Shown: one piece after another, positions 38,890-49,243 of the stretch
How positions within the stretch are numbered: position 1 is the first letter of the stretch
Layout of the letters: each line of letters opens with the position of its first letter
Source of the DNA: an uncultured Gammaproteobacteria bacterium
GTDB taxonomy: Bacteria > Pseudomonadota > Gammaproteobacteria > Natronospirales > JAJUFS01
Assembly: GCA_964599565.1 (NCBI GenBank)
Contig: CAZRFE010000001.1
Location: forward strand, 53,335 to 117,334
DNA length: 64,000 bases
Direction: 5' to 3'
Translations under genes and position numbers: made by a program
Notes under the pieces: model-generated
Database searches by the model: none
Told to the model about the DNA's origin: nothing
The model's input: only the letters and a program-made list of their open reading frames with translations

Positions 38890-39858
38890 ATGACCCTGGA
38901 CGAAATCCGCCGCCTGATCGCCGCCGACCTCGAAGCGGTCGATGCCGAAATCCGCAAGGAACTCGCCTCCGACGTCGTGCTCATCAACCAGCTCGGGCAC
39001 TACATCATCAATTCCGGCGGCAAGCGGCTGCGCCCGATGCTGGTGCTGCTGGCCGCTCGCCTGATGGGTTACACGGGCCGGCACCACATCGGCCTCGCCG
39101 CCGTTGTCGAGTTCATCCACACCTCCACGCTGCTGCACGACGACGTCGTCGATGCATCCGACATGCGCCGTGGCAGAAATTCCGCGAACGCAATATGGGG
39201 CAACGAGGCAAGCGTGCTTGTCGGCGATTTCCTCTACTCGCGCGCGTTCCAGATGATGGTGCGCGCGGACAACATGCGCATCCAGCGCGTGTTCGCGGAG
39301 GCAACCAACCGCATCGCCGAAGGCGAAGTGCTGCAACTGCTCAACGTGCACGATCCGGATACGGACGAGACGCGGTACTTCGACGTGATCGAACGCAAGA
39401 CCGCGAAGCTGTTCGAGGCCGCGACGGAAATCGGCGGGATACTTGCCGACGCAGACGATGCCGAACGCGCGGCACTGCGCAGCTACGGCCTCATGCTTGG
39501 CACCGCGTTCCAGCTGATCGACGACGTGCTGGATTACGATGGCGATGAAAAGGAATTCGGCAAGCACATCGGCGACGACCTCGCCGAAGGCAAGCCGACG
39601 CTGCCATTGATCCATGCGATGCGTGAAGGAAGCACGACGGAGCGCGAGCTGATTCGTGAAGCCATCGAGAGTGGCGGCATTGATCATCTTGAAGAAGTGA
39701 TTCGCGCGGTGCGGCGCACCGGTGCCCTCGAATACACGCGCAAGAAGGCCGACGCCGCCGCAGCAGCCGCGCAGGACGTTCTCACGCAGCTTCCGCAGAA
39801 CGACTTCACGCGCGCACTCCACGCCATTCCCCGCCTGACCGTTCATCGTCGCAACTGA
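38890..39858 (+). CDS. ispB: octaprenyl diphosphate synthase
   Basis: Start MTLDEIRRLIAADL is collinear with E. coli IspB. Motifs: GGKRLRPM, LLHDDVVD and FQLIDDVLD. Confidence 0.92.
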   Translation: MTLDEIRRLIAADLEAVDAEIRKELASDVVLINQLGHYIINSGGKRLRPMLVLLAARLMGYTGRHHIGLAAVVEFIHTSTLLHDDVVDASDMRRGRNSANAIWGNEASVLVGDFLYSRAFQMMVRADNMRIQRVFAEATNRIAEGEVLQLLNVHDPDTDETRYFDVIERKTAKLFEAATEIGGILADADDAERAALRSYGLMLGTAFQLIDDVLDYDGDEKEFGKHIGDDLAEGKPTLPLIHAMREGSTTERELIREAIESGGIDHLEEVIRAVRRTGALEYTRKKADAAAAAAQDVLTQLPQNDFTRALHAIPRLTVHRRN

Positions 39859-39958
39859 CGCGTTCATCCCTGTTCAGGGAAAACGGCAATAGCCGCTCAC
39901 ATAACGGACTGCCAGATTCGTTTCCGAAAAAGGACTTGCTCCTTTCAAGGAGGTGAAC

Positions 39959-40453
39959 ATGGATGTTCCGTTTCAATTCCGCCAGCGCGGCGTCACGCTC
40001 ATCGAGACACTGGTCGCCGTTGTCGTCATGAGCATCGGCCTGCTCGGCATCGCCACACTCTTTCTCTCGTCATTGCGCGACACCGGCAGCGCGATGTGGC
40101 GCACCCGCGCCATCACGCTTTCCGAAGACATCATCGAACGCATGCGCGCCAACCGCGATGAAGCTGCACGCTACGACTCCGGCGTGACACCGACCGGGCA
40201 GAACCACGATTGCGCTGCAACGGCAGACATGACGGTGCCGGCCAGCTGTTCGCCCCAGCAGCTTGCGGAGCAGGACATTCATGAGTGGCGCGCGCGTGTC
40301 ACCGACAGTGTCATCGGCCTGCCGTCCGGTGTCGCGAGAATCACCGTCTCCGGGGGTACGCCGGCCGACGTCACCGTCTTCGTTCAATGGACGGAAGGTG
40401 TACAGAACGATCAGCCGCTGTTGCAGAAGTTCGAGCTGAGGACGCAGTTGTGA
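39959..40453 (+). CDS. pilV: type IV pilus minor pilin PilV (second set)
   Basis: RBS AAGGAGG 5 nt before the ATG. QRG|VTLIETLVAVVVMSIGLLGIATL is the PilV signature. Confidence 0.82.
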   Translation: MDVPFQFRQRGVTLIETLVAVVVMSIGLLGIATLFLSSLRDTGSAMWRTRAITLSEDIIERMRANRDEAARYDSGVTPTGQNHDCAATADMTVPASCSPQQLAEQDIHEWRARVTDSVIGLPSGVARITVSGGTPADVTVFVQWTEGVQNDQPLLQKFELRTQL

Positions 40454-41454
40454 ACGGCCATCAGCGCGGCGTGAGCCTCATCGAACTCCTTGTCGCAATG
40501 ATCATCGGACTGTTCATTGTCGGCGGCGCTTTCGCGGTCTACCTCGGCTCCAGGGACAGTTTCCGCGTCAACGAATCCGTTGCCCGCATCCAGGAAGAAG
40601 CACGCTTCGGCCTCATGATTCTCTCGGACGACCTTGCGCTCGCCGGCTTTCTCGGCCGCAACAACATGCCGTTCGTGACATCCGGCAGGAAAGGCGATGC
40701 CGCGACGCTGCCGACACTCGGCAACTCGGGGCACAGCAGGAGGGACTGCGTGGATTACTGGTACATCGACATCGTCGTGCCTGTCACAGGCGCGAACAAC
40801 ACCAACCCGTATCACGATATGTGCCTGGACAATTCCGAGCATGTCGACGGGACGGACGTGCTGGTCGTCCGCCATGCAGCGGCACACGCGGATTACGGCT
40901 GGGAAGCCGGCGCAACGGTGCCGCTTCAGGACAACCGCCAGAAAGGCACGCTGTATATCCGGTCGGACCTGACACGGAATGCCTTGTATCGCCAAGGCGT
41001 CGACACCGACCCGTCCGGCTTCATCGCACCCTATACGGACCGCGAATGGCTCACGCATCTTTATTACATCGAACCGCCGGCGACCAATGATGAGGGCAAC
41101 CCGGCGGGGCCTCCCACCCTGCGCAGGTTGAGACTCCAGCGACGCAACGAATTGCCCGCACTGCGCGCCGAAGAAGTGCTTTCAAACGTCGAAGACTTCC
41201 AGGTGCAGTTCGGGCAGGACGACGACCTGGACGGGCGGATCGATCGCTGGATCAACCCCGGAGATGTTGCCGAATCGCAGCTGCGCGCGGTCGCCGTGCG
41301 GTTCTGGCTGCTCATCCGCGCGGAGAACGAAGACCCGTCGCTGTCACAGGACGTCACCTACAAGTACGCAGATGTAGAGCGCACTGTGACCGACGGTTAT
41401 CGACGGCAGCTTGTCGAACAGACCGTCGAGCTGCGCAACGCACGTGCGAACTGA
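40450..41454 (+). CDS. pilW: type IV pilus minor pilin PilW (second set)
   Basis: The GTG start overlaps the pilV stop (GTGA). QRG|VSLIELLVAMIIGLFIVGG, then RIQEEARFGLMILSDDLALAGFLG. Confidence 0.8.
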   Translation: MNGHQRGVSLIELLVAMIIGLFIVGGAFAVYLGSRDSFRVNESVARIQEEARFGLMILSDDLALAGFLGRNNMPFVTSGRKGDAATLPTLGNSGHSRRDCVDYWYIDIVVPVTGANNTNPYHDMCLDNSEHVDGTDVLVVRHAAAHADYGWEAGATVPLQDNRQKGTLYIRSDLTRNALYRQGVDTDPSGFIAPYTDREWLTHLYYIEPPATNDEGNPAGPPTLRRLRLQRRNELPALRAEEVLSNVEDFQVQFGQDDDLDGRIDRWINPGDVAESQLRAVAVRFWLLIRAENEDPSLSQDVTYKYADVERTVTDGYRRQLVEQTVELRNARAN

Positions 41455-41468
41455 AAAGGAGAGCAACG

Positions 41469-41927
41469 ATGACTTCACGAAACAAGCAGCAGGGAACCGC
41501 GCTGATCGTCGGACTGATCGTGCTGATCGTGCTCACGCTCCTCGGCACGACAGCCATGCGGATGTCTCGCAACGAACTGATGATGAGCGGCATGCTGCAG
41601 TTCTTCGCACGCGCCTTCCACGCAGCCGAGGCAAGCGTCGCCGCACAGCTCGCGGATCGCGATTTCAGTCTCGCGTGGACCGCTCCATCCAATCTCCACA
41701 CCCATGACCAGGTTGCATCGACGCAAAGCATCGGCACCTCGCACATCCAGTTCCTGGACAGCGGGCCCGTGCCGGCGGGCGGATTCTCGCTGAACAAGAA
41801 ATTCTCCGCCCATCATTTCGAGATCACCGCACAGGGTCTCTCACCGACCACCGATGGCGCGGCGTCACCCGATTCGATCGCCGTCAACATCAGGCAAGGC
41901 ATCTATCTCATCGGCCCCAGTGATTGA
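41469..41927 (+). CDS. pilX: type IV pilus minor pilin PilX (second set)
   Basis: QQGTALIVGLIVLIVLTLLGTTAMRMSRNELMMSG is a PilX N-terminal domain. Confidence 0.8.
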   Translation: MTSRNKQQGTALIVGLIVLIVLTLLGTTAMRMSRNELMMSGMLQFFARAFHAAEASVAAQLADRDFSLAWTAPSNLHTHDQVASTQSIGTSHIQFLDSGPVPAGGFSLNKKFSAHHFEITAQGLSPTTDGAASPDSIAVNIRQGIYLIGPSD

Positions 41928-41971
41928 AGACAGCAGGATCACTGAACAGAACCAATGTCACGGAGGACACC

Positions 41972-44900
41972 ATGGATCGCAGATCGTCATTCATTCTCGG
42001 AATACTTGCAGGCCTGTCGCTCTCACTCTCGCTGGTGCCGTCCCGGTCGCACGCGGACGACACGGAAATCTACGTCGGCGGCGGTGCGGGCGTGAAACCG
42101 AACATCCTGCTCATCATCGACACGTCATCGAGCATGCTTATCAGCGCACCTGTTGCGTATGACCCAAACGTCATCTACGACGGACCTTGCCCGACGACGC
42201 ACAACGGCAAACCGATTGTGTACATGAAATACGGCGCATCCGTTCCACCGACTGACTTGAACTGCACAACCTATTTCAAGGAAGGGACGGCGGAAGCCCC
42301 CCTGGACTACAACTACTGGTTCTACAAGGATGCCCTGCGGTGCGATGCTGCCGTCCAGCAACTGGACAACGCAGGTCAGTGGAGCGGTCACGTCGCCGCA
42401 TCCGGAGCATTCGGCTGGACGGTTGTCTATCGCGGTTACCACACCCGCCTCATCGAGTGCGCGGCAGATGCAGGTGTGCATGGTGAAGGTGACAGCGACG
42501 GTGATGGCGTTGACGAGAATCCTGAACGCGTCTATGCGCGAAAGGGTTCGGGCATCACGGAAAAATGGACTGACGACCCCGCGTATCAACAGGATTTTCA
42601 CACGTCCACCGCCGATCCGTACTACGCGGATTACAGGCGCTTCTTTTTTGACGCGAACTACGTCAACTATGTGCGTGGCGGTCACAGCATGACCAACCGC
42701 ATCACGATCATGAAGGAAGTATTGAACGACCTGATCGACGAAACCGACGACGCAAGAATCGCGCTGATGCGTTTCGATGTAGGCGACTACAACGGTGCAG
42801 ACGGCGAAGGGGGCATGGTGATCGCGCCATTCGTGGACGCCGCCGACCCGGCAAACAAGACCAAGCTGAAACAGATCGTCGATGACATATACGTTGCCGA
42901 CATTCCTTCCGGTACACAGCTGCATGAAACGATGACGGAAGCAGCGCGCTACTTCTCCCATCAGATGGTCACGACAGGCAGTACATCGCAGGTTTTCGCC
43001 AATCCATCCGTCAACCCGCCGACGGCCGCGAACTATGTGTCGTCACCCAGCGTTCCCGGCTCCCGCAATGGATTGAACTACGATACGGGGATGACCGGGT
43101 GCGAGGAGAATTTCATCATCTATCTTACCGACGGCGCGGCAACGGCGGACAGTGGTCAGACCTCATATACCCGCACCCTCTACAAGGACAAGACAAAGAC
43201 TCTCACACTGTGTTCAGCCGGCAGCAACGGCGAGAACGATCAGTCATCGGAGAGTTGTCTTGATGAACTCGCATTCCTGTTGCACAACTACGACGTGAAC
43301 CCAGGCCTTGCCGGCGAACAGACAGTCCGCACGTTCACCGTCGGGTTCTTTGTCGACAACGAACTGCTCGCGACGACGGCGGACAAGGGTGGCGGTCGCT
43401 ATTACATCGCCAACTCGCACGCCCAGCTCAAGGACGCGATCAAGGACGCCATGAGCACCATCAAGGTGCTCGCCGTGAACTCCAGCTTCACGATTCCCGC
43501 CGTCACGGTGAACTCCTTCAACCGCGTCTCACACCTCGACGATCTTTTCTTCAGCCTGTTCAAGCCCGGCGAAGCGCGTCACTGGGCGGGCAACCTGAAG
43601 AAGTTCCGCCTTAAGAAGAATGCTGCCGGCGAGGTGGAAATCGTGGACCGCAACGGCATGCCCGCCGTGGAACCGCTGGCGGGTTTCTTCAAGGACGACA
43701 TCACGAGCTTCTGGACCACATCCGGCCCCGATGGCGGCGAAACCGAGAAAGGTGGCGCGGCAGAGCGCCTGGGACAACTCAGTGAACGCAAGATCTATAC
43801 CTGGATCGGGCCTGACCTCGCGTTGACGGCAACATCCAACCAGCTGGGTTCGACCAACAGCGCAATCACCGATGCGATGGTCGGCGCCGCCACCACGCTC
43901 GACCGGACGAAGATCCTGAAGTGGGCGCAGGGCGTCGACATCAAGGATGAAGACGGCGACGGACTGTTCAGCGACCGGCGCCCCACCATGGGCGATCCGC
44001 TGCACGCCGCACCTGTCACCGTCATGTACGGAACGAAGGCAGATCCCGAAGGCAAGGGGACGATTCCGGACTACACCGTCTACACGGCAACCAACGATGG
44101 ATACCTGCACGCCTTCGATGGCAATGACGGCAACGAGCTGTTCGCCTTCGTCCCGCCGGAACTGCTCGGCAATCTCGGCGAGGCGTTTTACGACAAGACC
44201 GGCGACAAGCTTTACGGGCTTGACGGTTTCGTCGTGCCGCTCGTGCAACACGATCCGAACGGCAACATCACCGGAACGAAAAGCTACGCGCATCTCGTCA
44301 TCGGCATGCGGCGCGGCGGGAACAACTATTACGCGCTCGACGTCACGAACCGGAATACGCCGCGTCTCCTCTGGAGAATCAAGGGCGGAGAAGGCAACTT
44401 CCAGTACCTGGCGCAGAGCTGGGCGGAGCCGGTCCCGACGAAAGTAAAGATCGGAAGCGGCACGCGCAACGTGCTTGTCATCAGCGGTGGTTACGACGCA
44501 GACCAGGATGACCACGATACCGATTACGCATCCGACAACACCGGCACCGCGATCTACATGGTGGACGCCGCGACGGGAAACCGCCTGTGGTGGGCCGGAC
44601 CGGTGGGCAGCGGCGCGGATCTCGAAGTCGATGCGTTCAGGAACTCGATGCCCGCCACCGTCACCGTCCTCGACATGAACAACGACGGCTACGCGGATCG
44701 CTGGTACGTACCCGATACCGGCGGGCGCATCTTCCGTTTTGATATCGCAAATGGAAACAGCGCTGCCACGCTCGTGCGCGGCGGCAAGATAGCGACGCTC
44801 GGCGCGGGCGACATCGCAGCGCCGGCAGCCGCCGACACGCGCAAGTTCTTCTATCCGATCGACGTATCCCATCACAACGATGGCGACGGCCAATGGCTCA

Positions 44901-45490
44901 ATCTTGCCATCGGTTCCGGAAACCGCACTGCTCCGCTCGATACGACAGTGCAGGACCGCTTCTTCGTGCTGCGCGACGAGCACGTGTACACCGTGCCGGG
45001 CAACTACGCCGCCGAGTACGACATCGGCATCGAAGACCTTTTCGATGCAACGGCGAGTATCGTCGATGACACCGTCATGGCGAGCAACCAGCAGCATGGC
45101 TGGTACATCAATCTGGCCGATGAAGGCGAGAAGGTGCTGGCGGAATCCGTCACCTACGACGGCAAGCTCGTGTTCACCTCGTTCTCGCCGAGCGACGGCA
45201 GCAATGCGTCGTGCGAAGCGGACCTCGGCAAGGGCCGCGTATACGCCATAGACATCAATTCTGCCAAAGCCGTTCGCAACTTCGACATCATCCAGGAGGA
45301 TTCCGAGGAAGTGTTCACCGTCGAGGACCGCTCGACGGAACTGGAAAGATCCGGAATCCCTCCCGCGATGACCATCGTGTTCGCGGAAGACAACGAAGGA
45401 CGCCCGATCGGTCTCGTGGGGCCGGAAACCGTCGACGTCGATCTCGGTGACAACGTCGTGCAGACCTACTGGTACCGCAGTTCACAATGA
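41972..45490 (+). CDS. pilY1: PilY1 adhesin (second set; vWA domain plus PilY1 beta-propeller)
   Basis: RBS GGAGGA. Signal peptide, then DDTEIYVGG. MIDAS motif ILLIIDTSSSML. Propeller loop LDMNNDGYADRWYVPDTGGRIFRFDI. Collinear with the first PilY1. Confidence 0.88.
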   Translation: MDRRSSFILGILAGLSLSLSLVPSRSHADDTEIYVGGGAGVKPNILLIIDTSSSMLISAPVAYDPNVIYDGPCPTTHNGKPIVYMKYGASVPPTDLNCTTYFKEGTAEAPLDYNYWFYKDALRCDAAVQQLDNAGQWSGHVAASGAFGWTVVYRGYHTRLIECAADAGVHGEGDSDGDGVDENPERVYARKGSGITEKWTDDPAYQQDFHTSTADPYYADYRRFFFDANYVNYVRGGHSMTNRITIMKEVLNDLIDETDDARIALMRFDVGDYNGADGEGGMVIAPFVDAADPANKTKLKQIVDDIYVADIPSGTQLHETMTEAARYFSHQMVTTGSTSQVFANPSVNPPTAANYVSSPSVPGSRNGLNYDTGMTGCEENFIIYLTDGAATADSGQTSYTRTLYKDKTKTLTLCSAGSNGENDQSSESCLDELAFLLHNYDVNPGLAGEQTVRTFTVGFFVDNELLATTADKGGGRYYIANSHAQLKDAIKDAMSTIKVLAVNSSFTIPAVTVNSFNRVSHLDDLFFSLFKPGEARHWAGNLKKFRLKKNAAGEVEIVDRNGMPAVEPLAGFFKDDITSFWTTSGPDGGETEKGGAAERLGQLSERKIYTWIGPDLALTATSNQLGSTNSAITDAMVGAATTLDRTKILKWAQGVDIKDEDGDGLFSDRRPTMGDPLHAAPVTVMYGTKADPEGKGTIPDYTVYTATNDGYLHAFDGNDGNELFAFVPPELLGNLGEAFYDKTGDKLYGLDGFVVPLVQHDPNGNITGTKSYAHLVIGMRRGGNNYYALDVTNRNTPRLLWRIKGGEGNFQYLAQSWAEPVPTKVKIGSGTRNVLVISGGYDADQDDHDTDYASDNTGTAIYMVDAATGNRLWWAGPVGSGADLEVDAFRNSMPATVTVLDMNNDGYADRWYVPDTGGRIFRFDIANGNSAATLVRGGKIATLGAGDIAAPAAADTRKFFYPIDVSHHNDGDGQWLNLAIGSGNRTAPLDTTVQDRFFVLRDEHVYTVPGNYAAEYDIGIEDLFDATASIVDDTVMASNQQHGWYINLADEGEKVLAESVTYDGKLVFTSFSPSDGSNASCEADLGKGRVYAIDINSAKAVRNFDIIQEDSEEVFTVEDRSTELERSGIPPAMTIVFAEDNEGRPIGLVGPETVDVDLGDNVVQTYWYRSSQ

Positions 45491-45507
45491 CAGGAAGGAT
45501 TCCGGCA

Positions 45508-45915
45508 ATGGAAAGCAATCGCGGCTTTACGCTCATGGAACTCATGGTCACGCTTGTCATCGTCGCCATCCTGGCGGCGGTGGCAATCCCGAGCTACACG
45601 CAATACATACAGCGCGCGCGGCGCACGGAGGCGCGCGTCGCGCTGGAGAACGCCATGACCACCCTGCAGAAATTCTATCTCCAGAACGGCCGTTACCCGG
45701 ACGATGAAGAGGGAACGAATCTGATCGGGACCACGGAGAACGGGTACTACCAGACCGATTACGTCTCGGGAACGAATCCGCAGGTGAGCGCAATCGCCGC
45801 GACGGGCACGTCCCAGGCAAACGACACGAAGTGCAGGATGTTTGCCATCTTCGTGTCCGGCACTCGCATCGCCCGGGACGCCGCCGATACCGATTCCACG
45901 GCGGAGTGCTGGTAA
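45508..45915 (+). CDS. pilE: type IV minor pilin PilE (second set)
   Basis: MESNRG|FTLMELMVTLVIVAILAAVAIPSYTQYIQRARR. RBS AGGAAGGA. Confidence 0.85.
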   Translation: MESNRGFTLMELMVTLVIVAILAAVAIPSYTQYIQRARRTEARVALENAMTTLQKFYLQNGRYPDDEEGTNLIGTTENGYYQTDYVSGTNPQVSAIAATGTSQANDTKCRMFAIFVSGTRIARDAADTDSTAECW

Positions 45916-45923
45916 TCCCGAAA

Positions 45924-45953
45924 TTGCTTTTACCGCGCGCGTTCGTGTATATT
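45924..45953 (+). promoter_or_regulatory. sigma-70-type promoter for tRNA-Pro
   Basis: TTGCTT, 18-nt spacer, TATATT, followed by the GC-rich discriminator CCCCGCCC just before the tRNA 5' end. Confidence 0.5.
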
Positions 45954-45965
45954 CCCCGCCCTTCG

Positions 45966-46042
45966 CGGGGTGTAGCTCAGCCTGGTAGAGCACTACGTTC
46001 GGGACGTAGGGGCCGGAGGTTCAAATCCTCTCACCCCGACCA
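45966..46042 (+). tRNA. tRNA-Pro (anticodon CGG)
   Basis: CGGGGTGTAGCTCAGCCTGGTAGAGCACTACGTTCGGGACGTAGGGGCCGGAGGTTCAAATCCTCTCACCCCGACCA forms a cloverleaf with anticodon loop TTCGGGA and closely resembles E. coli proK. Confidence 0.95.
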
Positions 46043-46051
46043 GGTATCCAG

Positions 46052-46079
46052 AAGGTCCACATTCGTGGACCTTTTTTTT
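46052..46079 (+). terminator. rho-independent terminator after tRNA-Pro
   Basis: AAGGTCCAC-attc-GTGGACCTT followed by a T-run. Confidence 0.85.
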
Positions 46080-46179
46080 CGCCCGTGCGGGCCGAATCCG
46101 TGACGGCGGCGCAGCATTCGCGGCGACGCACTCCACTCCGGCAGGTACAATGCCTGCTCGTTCAAGCAGAGCACATTCA

Positions 46180-46692
46180 ATGACCCAGAACAGTTTCAAC
46201 CGGGACGAACTCCTGGCCTGCGGGCACGGCGAAATGTTCGGCCCCGGCAATGGCCGCCTCCCTCTCCCCGACATGCTGATGCTGGACCGCATCACGTCCA
46301 TCACCGCGAACGGCGGCGCATTCGACAAGGGACACATCACCGCGGAACTCGACATCCGTCCGGATCTCTGGTTCTTCAGCTGCCATTTCGAGGGTGACCC
46401 GGTCATGCCCGGCTGCCTGGGCCTTGACGCGCTGTGGCAGCTCGTCGGCTTCTTCCTCTGCTGGAGGGGCAACCCCGGCCGCGGGCGCGCACTCGGTGTC
46501 GGCGAGGTGAAATTCTTCGGACAGGTTCTCCCGACGGCAGGAAAGGTGACGTACGAGATAGATCTCAAGCGCGTCGTCGAACGCAAGCTCGTGATGGCGA
46601 TCGCGGACGGACGGGTGCTCGTCGATGGCCGCGAGATCTACACCGCCACCGATCTTCGCGTCGGTCTTTTCACCTCCACGGATTCCTTCTGA
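46180..46692 (+). CDS. fabA: 3-hydroxydecanoyl-ACP dehydratase/isomerase
   Basis: Start [21 protein letters not shown]. Active-site block [24 protein letters not shown]. Confidence 0.95.
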   Translation: MTQNSFNRDELLACGHGEMFGPGNGRLPLPDMLMLDRITSITANGGAFDKGHITAELDIRPDLWFFSCHFEGDPVMPGCLGLDALWQLVGFFLCWRGNPGRGRALGVGEVKFFGQVLPTAGKVTYEIDLKRVVERKLVMAIADGRVLVDGREIYTATDLRVGLFTSTDSF

Positions 46693-46701
46693 GAGATCAC
46701 C

Positions 46702-47916
46702 ATGCGTAGAGTCGTCATCACGGGTGCGGGGATCGTTTCCTGTCTGGGCAACGACACCGCCGCGGTCAGCGAATCGCTGCGAAACGGCCGATCCGGCATC
46801 ACGTTCATGCCCGAGTATGCGGAGCGCGGTTTTCGCAGCCACGTGGCCGGCGCTCCGCGCATCGACACCGCGGAACTCATCGATCGCAAGCTGCTGCGCT
46901 TCATGGGTGACGCGGCCGCATATGCCTACATTGCGATGCGCGACGCCATTGCGGACGCGGGCCTTGAAGAGACAGATGTATCCAGCGAACGCACCGGGCT
47001 GATCGCGGGTTCCGGCGGCGGCTCGTGCGAATACCAGATAGAAACCGCAGACATCGCACGGAATAAGGGACCGCGCCGCGTGGGGCCGTACATGGTCACG
47101 CGCACCATGACGTCGACCGTCTCCGCGTGTCTCGCCACGCCGTTTCACATCCGCGGCGTCAACTACTCGATCTCCTCTGCCTGTGCGACATCCGCGCACT
47201 GCATCGGCGCTGCGATGGAACAGATCCAGCTTGGCAAGCAGGACATCGTGTTTGCCGGTGGCGGCGAGGAACTGCACTGGGGCATGACGGTGATGTTCGA
47301 CGCGATGGGCGCGCTGTCCAGCAGCTTCAACGGCACGCCCGAGAAGGCAAGCCGCGCGTACGACGCAGACCGCGACGGCTTCGTGATTTCGGCAGGCGGC
47401 GGCATGCTCGTGCTGGAAGAACTCGAGCATGCGAAGGCCCGGGGCGCGAAGATCTACGCCGAGCTCGTCGGCTATGGCGCGACGTCGGACGGTTACGACA
47501 TGGTCGCCCCGTCCGGCGAAGGCGCGCAGCGCTGCATGCGCATGGCGCTGTCCACCGTGAACGGCGCGATCGACTATCTCAACACGCACGGCACGTCCAC
47601 GCCCGCCGGCGATCGTGCGGAACTCGATGCGCTGCGCGCCGTATTCGGCAACGCTGTGCCATCGTTCTCGTCGACGAAATCGCTGTCCGGCCATTCGCTG
47701 GGCGCAGCCGGCGTGCACGAAGCGATCTACTCGCTGCTGATGATGCGCGACGGCTTCCTCGCCGCGAGCGCGAACATCGAGAATCCGGACGCCGCTGCCG
47801 CCGGCATGCCGCTCGTCACCGAAACGCTTCAAAAGCCGCTTGAGCGTGTCATGTCGAACAGCTTCGGTTTCGGCGGCACAAACGCGACGCTCGTTTTCCA
47901 GCGCTACGACGGATAA
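46702..47916 (+). CDS. fabB: beta-ketoacyl-ACP synthase I
   Basis: 404 aa. Active-site Cys in [10 protein letters not shown]. Motifs [17 protein letters not shown] and NSFGFGGTN. Follows fabA. Confidence 0.93.
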   Translation: MRRVVITGAGIVSCLGNDTAAVSESLRNGRSGITFMPEYAERGFRSHVAGAPRIDTAELIDRKLLRFMGDAAAYAYIAMRDAIADAGLEETDVSSERTGLIAGSGGGSCEYQIETADIARNKGPRRVGPYMVTRTMTSTVSACLATPFHIRGVNYSISSACATSAHCIGAAMEQIQLGKQDIVFAGGGEELHWGMTVMFDAMGALSSSFNGTPEKASRAYDADRDGFVISAGGGMLVLEELEHAKARGAKIYAELVGYGATSDGYDMVAPSGEGAQRCMRMALSTVNGAIDYLNTHGTSTPAGDRAELDALRAVFGNAVPSFSSTKSLSGHSLGAAGVHEAIYSLLMMRDGFLAASANIENPDAAAAGMPLVTETLQKPLERVMSNSFGFGGTNATLVFQRYDG

Positions 47917-47939
47917 CGCGGACCGGAGCAACAAGCGCG

Positions 47940-48539
47940 ATGAACAACGTATTGCTTGAGTCCGACGCACCGCCAGACCCGCTGGAGCTTTTCGCGGACT
48001 GGTACGGCGCACAGGCCGAAGGCGCGCAGGAACCGGCGGCGGTAACGCTCGCGACCGCCGATGCCACCGGGAAACCTGGCGTGCGCGTCGTCCTGCTCAA
48101 GGAATACGGTGCAGCGGGATTTGTCTTCTTCACCAACTACATGAGCCGCAAGGCAACAGACCTCGACGCCAATCCGCAGGCCGCGCTGCTGTTCTGGTGG
48201 CCGTCGTTCCGCCGGCAGGTGCGCATCGAAGGCCGCGTGTCGCGAATTTCCGCCGCGGAATCGGATGCGTACTTCCGCACGCGCGCGCGGCTGTCACAGA
48301 TCGGCGCCTGGGCATCCGAGCAAAGCCGCATCATTCCGGATCGCAGCGTGCTCGATGCACGCGTGAAGGAATTCGAACAGCGATTCCCCGGTGACGTCCC
48401 GCGTCCACCGCACTGGGGCGGTTACCGCGTCGCGCCGGGAAGCATCGAGTTCTGGCAGGACCGCGCCAACCGCCTGCACGATCGCCTGCGCTACGTGCGT
48501 GAAAACGACAGCTGGCGCGTCGAGCGTCTCAATCCTTGA
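47940..48539 (+). CDS. pdxH: pyridoxamine 5'-phosphate oxidase
   Basis: VVLLKEY...GFVFFTNY.SRK, RIEG and HWGGYRV.P..IEFWQ motifs. 199 aa. Confidence 0.93.
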   Translation: MNNVLLESDAPPDPLELFADWYGAQAEGAQEPAAVTLATADATGKPGVRVVLLKEYGAAGFVFFTNYMSRKATDLDANPQAALLFWWPSFRRQVRIEGRVSRISAAESDAYFRTRARLSQIGAWASEQSRIIPDRSVLDARVKEFEQRFPGDVPRPPHWGGYRVAPGSIEFWQDRANRLHDRLRYVRENDSWRVERLNP

Positions 48540-48591
48540 ATCGTTCATCCTGCCTTGCCGAAAGCGGCCGACAGGGTGACAATTCGCATCC

Positions 48592-49185
48592 ATGAAAACA
48601 CTGCATCAGCTGTTCGACAACAACGCGCGCTGGGCCGCGAAGATGATTGCGCGCGACCCGAACTTCTTCAACAACCTCGTCGGGCAGCAGGCACCGCAGT
48701 ACCTGTGGATCGGTTGCTCGGATTCGCGGGTTCCCGCAAACCAGATCGTCGGCCTTGCACCGGGCGAACTGTTCGTGCACCGGAATGTCGCCAATCTCGT
48801 GCAGCACTCGGACATGAACTGCCTCTCCGTGCTGCAGTTCGCCGTCGACGTGCTGAAGGTCGAGCACATCATGGTGACCGGTCATTACGGCTGCGGCGGC
48901 GTGCGCGCGGCCATCGAAGAGCAGCGCCACGGCATCGTCGACAACTGGCTGCGGCCCATCCAGCATGTCTGCCATGATCACGCGCCGCTGCTCGACAGCC
49001 TGCAGGGCGAGGAGCGCGTTGACCGGCTGTGCGAACTCAACGTCGTCCAGCAAGTGGAAAACCTGCGGCGGACAACTGTCGTGCAGGATGCATGGTCGCG
49101 CGGCCAGAAACTCGAACTGCATGCCTGGATCTACTCCGTGCGCGACGGCCTGCTTCGCGATCTCGGCGTCACCATCACATCCTGA
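48592..49185 (+). CDS. can: beta-class carbonic anhydrase
   Basis: YLWIGCSDSRVP and VTGHYGCGGV zinc-ligand motifs. Confidence 0.92.
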   Translation: MKTLHQLFDNNARWAAKMIARDPNFFNNLVGQQAPQYLWIGCSDSRVPANQIVGLAPGELFVHRNVANLVQHSDMNCLSVLQFAVDVLKVEHIMVTGHYGCGGVRAAIEEQRHGIVDNWLRPIQHVCHDHAPLLDSLQGEERVDRLCELNVVQQVENLRRTTVVQDAWSRGQKLELHAWIYSVRDGLLRDLGVTITS

Positions 49186-49201
49186 TCCAGCACGCTGAAA
49201 G

Positions 49202-49230
49202 AAAAAGGCCGTCATCGACGGCCTTTTTTT
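49202..49230. terminator. bidirectional rho-independent terminator
   Basis: aaaaa-GGCCGTC-atc-GACGGCC-ttttttt between convergent genes. Confidence 0.85.
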
Positions 49231-49243
49231 ATCCTGTACGCGT

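Noticed and set aside
46177-48012. 611-aa minus-strand ORF across fabA-fabB
   Set aside because: It is antisense to fabA and fabB, whose active-site motifs are unambiguous.
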